A stretch of DNA of 63,245 nucleotides, counting the filler, from Folioceros fuciformis (Eukaryota), in NCBI GenBank assembly GCA_049999805.1. It is 10 parts of 10 records of this genome, joined end to end, with 100 filler letters (N's around TTAATTAATTAA, not from the genome) between each part and the next. Parts side by side here need not be neighbours in the genome. Positions count along the whole stretch, not along the records: positions 1 to 5,741 come from JBNGIO010001005.1; positions 5,842 to 15,348 come from JBNGIO010001007.1; 8 more parts are not named here. One strand, 5' to 3'. Below the pieces are notes generated by a model that ran no database searches, was not told the DNA's origin, and saw only the letters and a program-made list of their open reading frames with translations. Shown here piece after piece: positions 1 to 12,904 of the stretch (the stretch's first letter is position 1; each line of letters opens with the position of its first letter). Position numbers and translations under genes: made by a program.

Positions 1-3000
1 GGTCTTATCCTCGTGGAAGCACAACGGAGCCGGGGCAGCCGCGGTGCGTAGTTCAATTCCCTGTCTTTGTTGCTCGACACCACGTCTAATTGGCCTTCTA
101 AGTTGCTACGTCATGAAACCACCTGGTTGCAGATTATCTCCCTTCTTTGTAAGTTGCCCCTGCTTTCTTCGCCTATTGTGACTCTCAAGGCTATGATAAC
201 GGTGCACAAGTTGATGCAACAAGGGCCAGCAGAATGTTTGGTCTCCTGCTATGCCAAGCTACCAGTTTTGAAGGAGGTGGTCAACAACTGGGCTTCTCCA
301 CACAGTAAAGGAGGGTCGTACTGTCCACTCATCTGCGCCTACGCATCAATGCTAGTTGAGAAGACTAGATTTCACCACAGCTTCCCGGCTTTCGCGAATA
401 ACTACTCTGTCGACTTCACCAGAACACCCAACAGTGAGAACTACATAGCCGATCCTATCACAACAGGTTCCCTAGCATGCCTGCAGAATATTCAAGACGA
501 TATACTCCAGGCTTTGAACCAGGGCTTTGCACTCCTGAAGGAGAAACGTGCCATGCAAGGAGACGATACGATTGCTAACGGCGTGGTCACCGTGACTGAA
601 GGCAATCGGAGACAAGCTTGCCATAAAGGAGGATCTTCTGATCCTGTCGGTCTGATCGGAGCAGTTTTGATCCCCGTCTTGAGGGAGGCTGACCTGGTAT
701 ATGATATATGCTGGTATCTGATATCATCGCTTACATCAATGGCCGCTGAGGAGCAAGTGCCCAAGGCACCAGCTTCCCATGAGCTCGTATTGATGACAAG
801 AAAATTTGAAGCACAGCACAGAATGCTGCGCAAGATGTTTGACCAGGCTCGATGTGAGCCATCGATAGCCTGCAGCGTAGCTCCACCAAACCTTCGGCCG
901 GAACCTCCACGAGTTCTCATTAACGAAGTTGCCATGGATGAGAGGTAAGCAACTACAACATCTTGTGTGGTTGGAACCTCCGGCATGGCGTCTACTTCGC
1001 CGTTTAACCTTTTCTCTCAGTGACGCACAATTCTGTTTGCAGCTCAAGGGTTGAAGCTCTCGACTTCGAGGAGTCTCTAGATAACGTGGGAGTTCTGATA
1101 AAGGAAAACGAAGGACTAGATTACACGGTTTCAAAGTCCAGGCCTCAATCTGGTTCTGAGCATGACAAGACTGAAGCATGGGACGATGAGATACTCCTCC
1201 ATTCATCAGACAGCAAGCTCCTTCAGTTCCCTTCCGCAGGATCCTCCCATCCGCGCCAAGAAGTGAACACTGGACCCATCGTTGGAGGAGTCGGAGCAGC
1301 AGCTGCTGCTGCGATCCAGCGATTCGCTGCAGGTCTGACTTGATTCTGTAATATGCGTCCACGTTCATGGCAAGCATCAGTTTGTCCACAGGTACAAGTT
1401 CTTTGGTGGTGACGTTGCTTAATGTTGCTTTAGGACAAGCCGAAGCTCGAAGGGCAGCTGCATCAGAATATCCGCTCACACCTCCAGGTGGTTTCAAGAA
1501 CATCAAGTTGGAGCCACCGCCTCCGAACTTTGGACGAGCCCATTTCACTGGGCTTGAGCGACCATCCAAGCCACAGCACACTCGAGGGGGTGGACGGGAA
1601 TGGAGCAGCTTTGATGATGAGGTGTTTTATCATCAGCACTACGCTATGCCCTCGAGTCCCACGCTTCACCAGTGTCCCAGGTTTTTGTCTCCAAGGGAGC
1701 AGGCTGTTTCAAGGCCCTCAGAGGCTCTACACGCTGCAGGCCATGGTCATGCAGCATCACCGCAGATTACCGGCTGTGAGAGTCCAGGATACACCAACTT
1801 TTCAATGGAGAAAGCTAAGCAGAACAAGGACCAGAGAAGAGGGCACGAAGGAACCAGAAGCAAGTGTTGCCTCTTTGATGGGCCGGCTATGGAAACCTCT
1901 GGAATTTCCACAGAACATGCTCCTTTTGCCCGACTCTCTAGTGTCTCTAGAAGAGACGGTCCTCCGGCCCTTGAGGCTGCAAGTGTTTCAATTCAACACC
2001 ACCAGCATGCCTCACAACAACTGCAAACATCACCAGCGATAGTGGAAGCACCATTGATCCAGTTGGAGGTGCCCCTGATTGATGTGGACACACCCCTTGT
2101 TCGGTTGAGGAATCCTTCACTAGATTTTGAGCAGCATTCCTTAATCGATAGGGACTTGCGTCCCATCAATGTAGAAGGATCACGTCAGATGGAAGCCCCC
2201 ACGGGCAGGCTAGAAGCACCATGTCAGGCGGAAGTGCCTCTGATAGATTTGGATGACAGCAGGGCACCTACTGGGGACTGCGGCACTTCAGGGACAGAGG
2301 AGGCGTTTGCTAAGTTGTGCTTTGGAGTGAACTCAGCGTTAACCGATCGCCTTCTCATGGCTACTGCAGATGTGCTGGAAACTGCACCAGCTTCATGGCA
2401 GCTCGGAGCTGCCTCCATGTCAGACTCGACAGCTTGGAAGGACGATATACATCCAGTCGGACTCGCTCAAAATCGTGCGAAGATGGAGACTCTGCCGAAA
2501 CTGGCAAGCGTAGCAGACTGGGAAATTCCTGCCTCTGAACTCAAACTTGGCCCGAAAATAGGGCAGGTAAGTTCCTTCCCAATTCCGCGTGCAGGGCGGT
2601 TGCATCGAATGTTTGCCCGAGAGTGACTTGAGCTCGTGCTGTTCGTACGTGCAGGGTGCCTTCGGTGATGTCTTGAAAGGAACATGGCAAGGCACGGATG
2701 TCGCCGTGAAGCGTCTGCAGAATGCTTTGGTGTCTGGTGTGCTGCAGGCATATGAGGACTTCCGCCGTGAGGTTGTCTTCTCTTTGAACTTGCACTTTTG
2801 TGTGAGGTTTAGCAGAAGAAGCACAGGTTCTTTAATGATGAAGAACTCGGGAAGAAAGCAATTGACATTTGCAGCAGGTGCTCTCACACTGCTAAAGGTC
2901 TACATTTCCTACGAATTGGGTGGACGATGACGCCCATTTTGATATGTTCTCGTTGGTTGCAGGTTGCTCTTGTCATGAGGTTGCGTCATCCAAACATCAT

Positions 3001-4068
3001 TTTGTTCATGGGCGCGTGCACAGTGCGTCCAGAAGTATGCATAGTGATGGAGTATGCAGCCAATGGGAGCCTGTATAGTGTTCTCCATAATCCGAATATT
3101 GCAATTGACATGGCTACTGTTGTGCGATGGGCAACAGAAGCGGCTCGCGGAATGAACTACCTCCACACGCGCAGGTATCATTTTTATATCCATTCCTTCC
3201 TCATTCGGACGTGTCTGGAATATACAAAGATGATAACCGTGCCATTCCTTCGTGTATGTGAAAAACACACTGCTGCGCTCTAAACAAAAGGGCTAAGATG
3301 CATCTGGTAATGAAAAAGGAATCTAGGACAATCCTTTAACATCGTAGGTATCGTCTCAGCCCTCTGCCTTTTGTTGGTGAATGTGTGGACCAGTCCTGCA
3401 GTTGTTCACCGTGACCTTAAATCTGTAAATTTGTTGGTGGATGAGGATTGGCACATTAAAGTTTCAGATTTTGGCCTTGCCATGACTAAGCAAAACGCGT
3501 ATGCCTACACACAGGTATTCCCTTGCAGGCTTCCTATTGCAAATTCTTCGTCTTTGAAGGGATGGAACACCCATGAAATAACACACGACTTCTTTCACCA
3601 GTATAGATGCTAGTCTCTCCTTCTGCTTCTTATGCTGTCTTGGCAGTTCAGGTAGGAACATGGGGTTGGATGGCACCAGAAGTACTTGATGCTGCACCCT
3701 ACGATGAGAAAGCTGATGTCTACAGTTTTGCTGTGGTGCTTTGGGAGCTTGTGACAAGGAAGGAACCCTTCAAAGGTTACCACCCAATGCAGGTAACCAA
3801 AATGTCTATAGCCTACATCAATCAGTTCATGGTAATCAGTTTTGGTCGGTTACGTTCCCACTGCACACAATCCAGCAGGTGCTGTAAAATTTTGCGTTGA
3901 ACCTTGCAGATCATGAGAGCGATTGATCGAGGAGAAAGGCCGCAGATACCTGATAGTTGTCCCCTTGGTTACAAGAACTTGATTCAGAGGTGCTGGTGCA
4001 GGGATCCTAGGCAACGACCCACATTTGAGCAGATATTGGAGCACCTAGCAGGCATAACAATGCTCTAG
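1..4068 (+). CDS. ANTH-domain + Raf-like (TKL) protein kinase fusion, PICALM-K-like; 5'-partial, multi-exon
   Basis: Predicted exons <1-43, 133-944, 1043-1332, 1392-2566, 2655-2771, 2963-3174, 3394-3514, 3652-3792, 3910-4068, all with GT-AG borders and compatible phases. N-terminus resembles Sla2/HIP1-type ANTH (VLSSWKH...LPL...[15 protein letters not shown]...[19 protein letters not shown]). C-terminus has Raf-like kinase motifs [65 protein letters not shown]. Stop TAG at 4066-4068. Confidence 0.85.
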
Positions 4069-5741
4069 CCAGTGCTGACGAGGCCCCCATTCTACTGAGG
4101 CTGTGTTTACCCTGCAGCCCCTTTCCCAGACAGCTCATCATCAAGTGAGCGGGTATGGGCCCTTGTCGCTTACGTAATGCTTGCCATATTCTGGTCAGGG
4201 TCGGTGGTTTAAAGGAAGCATTCTGTAGCAGGTAACCAGCACAAGGTGGACTTGCTACCAACTGAGAACAGCACAGCACAGCACAGCTCTGCTTTAGGCG
4301 CGTTCAGGGATGTGCTGGTAGACTTGAAGCGGTTTCTTTCCCCATGTTTACAAGTGACACATTGTGCCCTGCCAAGGCATGCGGACAACTCTAGACAGAC
4401 CTTGTCAGTCAAGCACCCTTGCAGTGGGCCCTCGTGGCATACTGGTTGCTTACAACATGCATCGGAGCCACCTCCAGGATTGAAACAGACACTTGACATC
4501 CTGTTGCACCTGTCCCTGTTGCTGCCTGGGGCGATAGGTAGAACCTACAGTTGGCGAAGGCGCGCCCACTTCCGTGTGTATATCCTTTGTGTTTTTGTCG
4601 AACATTTTGGCTTGATCATAACGGCCTCATGACAGGTGAGGACGAAGTGCTTGGGGGCTGGAAAGAAGAGCCTAGAAAGCTCCTTGAAGAGAAACGGAGC
4701 ATCTGTGTTTTCGCATCTGATAGCGAGCTTCCAGCGACTTCGAGCACACTGTTACGCAAATCTTATCGTCAACTCTGTAACTAGCACGTTGTCGCTGCAA
4801 ATTTTATCGCCTGCTTACCACCTGGGCTTCGATTGAAGATAGTTCGTCCATTGACTTTCTTGCGGCTTATGCTACCAGTGGGACACGTAAACAGCGAGGT
4901 GATAGGTGGCTACACACGTGTTAGCGGCCTATTCCTCAACTTAGTTGATCGAGCACCTCAAACACGTTTGACTACACACCCTCGATGTGTGCGTTCACGG
5001 GAGGAGCTTCTGCTCGATCTGGTGAGTGCAACCAACCCGCACTCCCACACAAGGCTGCCCATAGATGCCACTAGAAACCCAATCCCTCCGTGGCAGGTGG
5101 GAATCAAGCCAGGCGCCCGCCAGGCCCTTGTCGACGTCGGAATCACTATTCCCGCCATGGGTGGCGAGGGGCGGCAGAATCTGGAGAAGAAGAAGACGGC
5201 ATTTAATAGCAGGCTGGAAATTGGTACGCAAGGAATTGTGACGAAGTGCTCGGGGTCACTCATTTACATTCGTGCAAGGTGGCAAGTCATGGTGCGTGCC
5301 AGCGCTCCGAGCATACACCCTGTGGAGGATATTTATGCGGAGTTGCCACACACCAACAGTGCTCCTCCTCAGGGTACCGACAGGCAAAAAATTTTTGGTT
5401 CCAGCAAAAGCTAAATTGAATACCAAGAGTCACGATCAGACAGACCGCTCGCTGCTCGGACCTACCCGGTTCCGAGGTGTAGCAACCAGTCTTTGCAGCC
5501 TCCAGCTCAGCCGTCTCCAGGTCTCCAGGCCCACATTATGTAGCCCCATTATCTCATTGCAGACGTGTAGAAGTTGCAGTAGTAGGATTGGCAAGTCCTG
5601 TAGGGGACGGACAGGTGACAAGAGTCGTCTGAAATTGCTGAAACTTGATAGGACGCTGCGGCCCGGGCCTCTATCTCCCCGCACCCCCCCGAAGAAGGCT
5701 AACTACTTTAGCCAAGACACGACTTGCAACTTCCAAGGCGT

Positions 5742-5841
5742 NNNNNNNNNNNNNNNNNNNNNNNNNNNNNNNNNNNNNNNNNNNNTTAATTAATTAANNN
5801 NNNNNNNNNNNNNNNNNNNNNNNNNNNNNNNNNNNNNNNNN
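5742..5841. other. Artificial contig linker (44 N + TTAATTAATTAA + 44 N)
   Basis: Same 100-nt spacer recurs at 15349-15448, 22771-22870, 26536-26635, 33190-33289, 37665-37764, 47927-48026, 52059-52158 and 59762-59861. The 12-mer supplies stop codons in all six frames. Confidence 0.98.
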
Positions 5842-6019
5842 CCTATTTGTTGTGTGTGTGTGGTCAGGCCCATAGACCGGCTAATAGGTAGAAGTGGGAG
5901 TAGATAGCTGTAGGTGTTCCTTAACACTAATTCACTCCCTTGGGAACGAATCATAAGACTGCAACGACAATAAGGGGAGGTGTGGCCCTTTGGTGGTTCT
6001 TGGGTGCAAGAAATCACTC

Positions 6020-8514
6020 CACGCAGCAATTAGCATATCATCCACATAGAGGACCAGTATGAGCAAGCTTGCATCCTTAGCTTGCTTCGTATAAAGCCAA
6101 TGATCCGCATCGCTACGTTTGTAGCCTCGAGAAAGCATAAATGAGTGGAACTTGAAATACCACTCCCTGGGTGCCTGCTTCAAACCATAAAGGCTCTTCT
6201 TTAACCTGCACACCAGATTCTCTTTGCCCTTCTCAATGAAACCCTCTGGTTGCTGCATGTTCTTGGAGATCACCATGTAGAAATGCCGACTTGCCATCCA
6301 TCTGGACAAGTTCCATGTCATTCCTCGCAACCAGAGCAAGAACACATCGCAAGGTGGTCATTTTGACAACTGGTGAGAAAATCTCATCAAAGTCAATACC
6401 TTGCTGTTGCTTAAAACCCTTAGCAACTAACCGCGCCTTGTACTTCAGTTTGCCATAATGGGGTATGTCCTTCATCTTATACACCCATTTGCATGGCAAC
6501 GCCTTCTTGCCTTTAGGCAACCGAACCAACTCCCAAGTTTGGTTCTTATGGAGCAAATCCATTTGCGACTGCATCGCCTTCTCCCACTTGTCCTTGTCAG
6601 TCACTAACATGGCCTCTTGATAACAAGAGGGCTCCCTGCAATCCGTCAGCATGACATAATCAAGAGATGCAACATACTTGTCTGGAGGACGTGAAATCCT
6701 TCCTAACCTACGAAGCACTGGTGCCTCGACCGGAGCTAGTTGCACTCTCTCCTCTTCTACAAGTGGAGGAACCACATCATGACGTTCAACCTGCACGGGA
6801 CGGTCAAGTGCATCTTCTTGGAAGATCACCTGTCGCACCTCCACAGTTGGAGCAGGCTTCTTGTGCATCTTGGTCTCATTGAAGAACACATGATTGCTGC
6901 AAACTACCCTCTTGGCCTCTGGATCCCATAGATGGTATCCCATCTCACCAGATTCACCATCGCCAAGAAAAATACATTTTCTTGATTTGGGAGCCAACTT
7001 GTCCCGAAACTCCTTCGGAACATGGTAGTAAGCTTCGCAGCCAAGCACTCGTAGATACTTGTATGACGGCTTCTTTCCAGACCACATCTCCTCTGGAACC
7101 TGCTCATCCACAGCCCTATTAGGAGATCTGTTAATAAGATGCACCGCAATAACCACTGCTTTTGCCCAAAATCCGTTAGGCAATCCAGAGTTTGACAACA
7201 AACTACGCATCCTCTCTTGGATGGTCCTGTTCATCTGTTCAGCCACACCATTCTGGGGAGGAGTATACGGCGCAGTCAATTCTCTCTTGATTCCCTTGGA
7301 ATCACAAAATGATTGGAAAGCCTTCGAGACATACTCTCCCCCATTGTCTGTCCTTAGACACTTTAGTAGTCGTAGGCCAGACTGATTCTCCACAAGGATG
7401 ACGAATTTATGAAACACCGTCAGAACATCATCATTTTTCATAAAGGATAAACTCACACCTTGCGTGAGAAATCATCAATAAAAGTGACAAAATAGGATGC
7501 ACCGCCTAACGATACAATGGGCATAGGTCCACATACATCACTGTGAACCAATTCAAGAGGTTTACTTTTATGTTTACCTCTGGATCCATGTGGCGATTTT
7601 GTCTGTTTCCCATACAAATAGTGCTCACACACGGAGAAATCGGAGAAGTCAAAAGCAGGGACGTAACCAAAACGAGATAGGATCTTCATTCCTTTTTGAG
7701 ACATATGTTCTAAGCGACAATGCCACAAGGAAACACTTGGCTGTTCCGTTACACAAATCACATGATCCTTGACAGTGGTTACCTGAAGTAAGTACAAAGT
7801 GCCACACTTCGATCCACGAGCTAACACGAGAAAACCTTTGGAGATCTTCCAAGAACGATCTCCAAACCAACAATGGTAGCCATCGTCATCCAACTGCCTT
7901 GCACTAATCATGCTCTTTGTCAACTTCGGAACATGCCTAACATCGTTCAATATGAATGAAGACCTATTGTCGAACTTCAGCTGCACATCACCAACACTTG
8001 CAATCTTACATGCGTAGTTTTTTCCAAGCTGAACACATTCTTTCCTAGGAGCATCATAGGTGCTAAACCACTCCCTATGCAGAGTAACATGGAAAGATGC
8101 TCCAGAGTCAATTATCCAATTACAGAATAAGTGACTCTCCATGGCTGTCAGTTGTGCAGAATCGAAGGAAGAAGAGATAAGAACATCTCCATCGACAATA
8201 GAAGTCACCTCGTCAAGCTTGATACTCGAGCTTGCCTTGTTGTCGCTCCGCTTCTTCTCCTTTTCTTTGTCCTTCTTGATCGCAATCCCTTCTGATGTGA
8301 CGCTTCTTGTGGCAATGGTAACATTCAACGTTGTTACGACTACGAGACTTGCTACGGGAAAGACTTCGCTCCTTGTACTTCCCCTTTGAAGTGGACCTTC
8401 CTCTCACCATGAGGGCATATTAGCTTAAGCTAATCTAAACTAATGCTACTTAACTAGACACTAATCTTAGACTAAACACATTAGTCTAAGCACATTGGGC
8501 TTTATTAACCCTAC
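6020..8514 (-). mobile_element. Ty1/Copia LTR retrotransposon, degenerate and truncated (family A, copy 1)
   Basis: Gag zinc-knuckle remnant (ECYHCHKKRHIRRDC), protease (WIIDSGAS), GAG-pre-integrase (LWHCRLEH), integrase (VHSDVCGP, RTDNGGEY, PQNGVAE), RT (CKWVYK, YKARLVAKGF, SLYGLKQAPREW, LYVDDML). Frameshifts and stops present. Ends just after YVDD. An LTR fragment lies at 8419-8514. Confidence 0.95.
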
Positions 8515-8870
8515 AGGAGAGGAGCCTCTTGTAGAGTTGTTTAGGTGAACATCTGAGTGATCAAATACCATGGATTATGGCAGGCGACTTCAACTTTGTA
8601 GAAAGGCGAGAGGACATCTAAAGGGTCAGCGAGATGGACATTCGGAGGGTTCCCTTATCGTGGCAAGAGCTGAGAGACACTAACCTAAATGTGCAGGATC
8701 CGTGGTTGGCTCTTCCGGCACACCGTCGTCAAGACTCTCTCAGGTTCAGCTGGTCCAATCAACAGCCGGCGTCTTGTGGGGCTCGAAGACTGGATAGGTT
8801 CTATGTTCCCACCACATGGCTACCATATGTGCAGGAGTATAGTAGTTTTGCTGGTACAATGCTATCGGCT
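8515..8870 (+). mobile_element. L1/LINE APE endonuclease remnant
   Basis: Translates to PWIMAGDFNFVE ... DPW ... FSWSN ... RLDRFYVP, typical LINE endonuclease motifs. Directly abuts the Copia LTR end. Confidence 0.75.
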
Positions 8871-10132
8871 GGCCCCCTCATTGTCCCACTCTTCTACATT
8901 TACGATGTCCCTTCCTCCCTTTCACGAGAGTGTGACACAACCAATTCAACTGTCTTCCTCATAGCCTAGCAAAATTATGGCACAAGATAGACTTCAAAAA
9001 CCCATGCCAGGCTTTGATAATAGAGTTATAATCTTAGCTTATGTGCCTCATACTTTGGATACCCTTTAACTATAAAAGAATCACGTTGTGCCATTGTTTC
9101 TTGAAATACTCAATGAAACTCAAAGCACTATCTCCAACATTTTACAGATACTTATTGTAGCATTTTGTGGGTCTCATCTTCAATTTTCCACTACTATAGG
9201 ATAAGCACATAATGTGACCAAGATGCTGGAAGATTGCAATTTGAACTTCCCAATTCCAGACCTTCAACAACAAATGTCGTAACTAGCACTTTTTGACATG
9301 CCACAAGCATAACAACGCTGGAACTATCACGCCCCATATATTGTGAATGGTTGCAATTTCCATAGCTGCATAGTCTACCAAAAAGATACTTGGTTGTCAT
9401 TTCAAGCAATGACTACAAATATGTTCCTTGCCAAGCAACATGCCCTCCATTGTACTAAAAATCAAACATTAAAGTGTGTACAAGTGAAACTTGTATTTAT
9501 TGAACCCAAATGTGGCATCCATGAATATGATATTTCCATTCCGAAACTAGAATTATAGAACGCTAGAAATGGGTTTGCAAGCCAATCACTAAGGAGGCTG
9601 TGTCATGACTTAGAAAGTCTGTTAGCACAATGTGTCGTTCGTGTGAACTTGTGATGCAGGATGACTTCATACAGGTGGGCGACCTTGGAATTACAAGCGC
9701 GTAAAGAGAATAATGTTGGTGCGTTTTGCTTGATAAGGCGATTAGTAGACAAAAAGTTATGTGAGAGGAAAACTGATAAGCAATTACTTTGGTAGTTAAC
9801 TTTCTCCAACGATTTATATCGGTTGGGGATGTTCAACCAGGTAGTTAGGAACGAGAGGTTGCAAGTATATAGGGGTATGAAAAGAATGAATAAGCATTCT
9901 TCTTATAGTTCGCTTAAAAGGTTGAGAGGCAATAGACAATCGGCACATCTTTTGCAGCACAGTTTGATCATTGAGCTTGTAGCAAACTGAACAATTGAAT
10001 CATAACTTCTATGTTACAAATTTGCATACACATATTTCATTGCACATGGGGAGGTTGCAATGACGTAATACTAAGGGTGGTCGGATTGACAGCACAAAAC
10101 TTGTTGGTGGTGAGCTTGTTGTATTCCGTTTA

Positions 10133-10434
10133 CATTGAGGGAGAAGGAGTAGAGAAGCTGTTCCTTTTGTTGATCTCATGTGAAGTGAACCACCAGAGAG
10201 TGGAAAGATGACCAATAGCCTATCTTTCCAATAGCCTTGGTGTGCACACTGGGGAAGAAGCACCCAAGGGGAGGCATCTATGTTTTATTGTGAATATCCG
10301 CTCACATTGAGGGAGAAGGAGCAAAGAAGCTGTTCCTTTCGTCAATCTCATGTGAACTGAGCCATCAAAGAGTGGAAAGATGACCAATAGCCTTGGTGTG
10401 CACAATGGGGAGGAAGCACCCAAGGGGAGGCATT
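10133..10434. repeat. Imperfect direct duplication, about 130-bp unit
   Basis: CATTGAGGGAGAAGGAG...AGTGGAAAGATGACCAATAGCCT...GCACCCAAGGGGAGGCAT occurs at about 10133-10277 and again at about 10304-10434. Confidence 0.85.
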
Positions 10435-10919
10435 TGAGTGCACTATTGTAAGAATATAAGTAGAGGTTGGCCACCTCATATTATGTGAATACATATACCT
10501 TTATATAATGTACCTAGGATTATATTTTCTTAGGTCAAGATAGTCAGATGTTGAGTGGCAAGATCCCTTATGGCACGACATATGAAACAAAATCATATTA
10601 TACAAGGTGCTTGTAAGCCTTTATCCACAAACCAACACTACCCTCATCATTAGGGTAATACTTATAAAGACAAAAAAAAATTGAGAGGTAATGTTGTTAA
10701 TGTCGTATGGCTGTAAAAAACCATTGCAACATGATTTATCATCATTAGCTCATGCTTTTAATTCTACTTGTTCCGTGGATATGCTCGAGGTATGTCTGCC
10801 TCTTTGTTACACCACCAAACAGACAATGCATCATAACAGCATGGATGTCCTCACTTAAACCGGTAGCAAGCCGTGAGACAGGGTTTGTAGTATGTTGAAG
10901 TTGGTGGTAGATTTGTCCA

Positions 10920-11850
10920 AATTAGTCTACATCTTCAAATGAATCACTACTACAAACCGTCAAATTGCTCCTTTGCCTCCTCAAGTTTTGGATCCTGCTC
11001 TTCTTCCACCATATCATAAGCCCCCCAAGCTTTGATTCCCAACTCTTTTGGATTAAGTAGCGCTTGCATAATACCATCATCCAGGCCTGTCCATAGCCAC
11101 CTAAAAATGAGTCTAATAGGCCGAGGTGGGAGTGCAAAATCCTCCCTTATTACCTCCACCGTCTTCCAGCAAGCTTCCACTCTATTGCACAAGTGTCTGA
11201 GTTGACACAAACCTTGATTGCTAGCCTTGAAGAAGATTTAGGATTGATAAACACGAGAAATAAACTCTAGGGCCCATAACCCCTTGAAGCCCTGTAGTCG
11301 GAGGCCTAAAGCATCATCCATACACATCGGCTTAGCTAGAGTAAGAAAAACCTTAGTTTTCAAAAAACTCGACAAAATAGATTTGAAGAGAGGGGAGCAC
11401 TCCTTGGCGTTAAGAAGGGGTTGGTTTGCAATAATGTTGTCAATCACTACCCTCTCCTAGGGACCACTTGGACACGCTCCAAGTGTTGCGTGATGAAGCT
11501 CTTCCCTGGGTAGTAAGAAGGGTCAGCAACTCAAATGACCCACTATGCGTGCAAGATATCCATCTTGCTAACTGGGTCCACTAATCCCAAGCCCCCTATT
11601 TGCCTAGGTTGGATTAGATGGCTCCATGCAACCTTCCGCGCATCAAGAGGCAAATCACCTGCTTGATTCCATAGGAAGTTGGTTAAGATTTGTTGCAATC
11701 TTTTTCAAATTTTGCTTTGCAAGGCCCCAAAGAAAGAGGTAGAACCAAAATGAAGCGGTAAGAATATGGTTGATCACCAGCAGTCTTCCTGCAAGATTAA
11801 GCTCCAAAACTTGCAACCCTACAACTTTCAGTATGAGCCTATATCAAACA
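10920..11850 (-). mobile_element. L1/LINE ORF2 remnant (region downstream of RT)
   Basis: Minus strand gives LNLAGRLLVINHILTASFWF and KVAWSHLIQPRQIGGLGL, conserved plant L1 post-RT motifs. Many stops. Confidence 0.65.
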
Positions 11851-12587
11851 AGTTTACCTAGTTGGTCAGACTAAGGCCTTTGTTGCGGAGCGTTTGGGAG
11901 TATTTGCTTATTGTTGCATAAGGCTTAAGGGTGATGACCCACACAAATTCAAGAGGAAAGAATGAAGGACGGCAGGATTCCTCACGTTAAACAAAGACTC
12001 TCATTGGAATCATGCTTGCCCGTGGAGAGGGCACATATAGGGATGCGTGACTTTAACTCATACTATGCTTAACGTGATAGTAATCATTTTGAGTTGGTCA
12101 AGAAGGATAACATTGGTTTGTCGACGCCACATACGGGGGGCACTTATTACGACATGAGATCCCCTTGTGGATAATGGTCATTGTGTAATCTTATATGCAG
12201 CCCATTGCTAGTTTGATATGGTTTTTTCTATGATCCTTTTCCACTAAAAGAACTAGGTTCTAAATTGAGTAATATATATATGCATAATGTTATATATATA
12301 TGTATATATATAATTATTATATGTAGAGTTTAGGGTTTAGAGTTATATATAGATGTGTGGTTTATATTTTAGTTTAATATTGATATGGCCTTCTTAGCCT
12401 ACATAAAGTGTTTCTCTCCTAGACTTGTTCTTCTAAGTGTCTTATATCTCCTAAATTTTTTTTTTTTTTGTCTCTCTTGGGCTTGTTGTTTTGAGTATTT
12501 TATATCTCCTAGCTCTATATCTTTTGCTTTCCACTAGTGTAGCTTGTGTTCTAGTGGTAGCTCTCTACAGCGCTCTTATGGCGTTAT

Positions 12588-12686
12588 GACAAGGTTGTGT
12601 GATACCATGGAGACTAGAAAGGAGATCGCTATGTCTGACAAGCTTGTGTGATACCATGGAGACTAGAGAGGAGAACGCTATGTCTC
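12588..12686. repeat. Tandem duplication, about 49 bp x2
   Basis: GACAAG(G/C)TTGTGTGATACCATGGAGACTAGA(A/G)AGGAGA(T/A)CGCTATGTCT repeated head to tail. Confidence 0.85.
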
Positions 12687-12904
12687 AATCATATTCATCA
12701 GTTGTAGGCTTGGTATGTTTTAACGTTTTTCATTGTAAAGTTGTACAAAAATATGATATATGATATTATGCAGGCTAGAATTCTAAGTGATTTTTTGTGT
12801 GAGTCATGTGTAAATTTTCATGTTTGTGAATGAATTTACTTCTTGTGAATGTTTTCTTTATTATTGAAAAAATATTTTCCTTTTCATTGAACAAAAATTT
12901 TACA

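Noticed and set aside
492..2795. Overlapping antisense and alternate-frame ORFs over the kinase gene (similar cases over FDH, CWC22 and LepA)
   Set aside because: Shadow ORFs of GC-rich coding sequence with no recognisable motifs.
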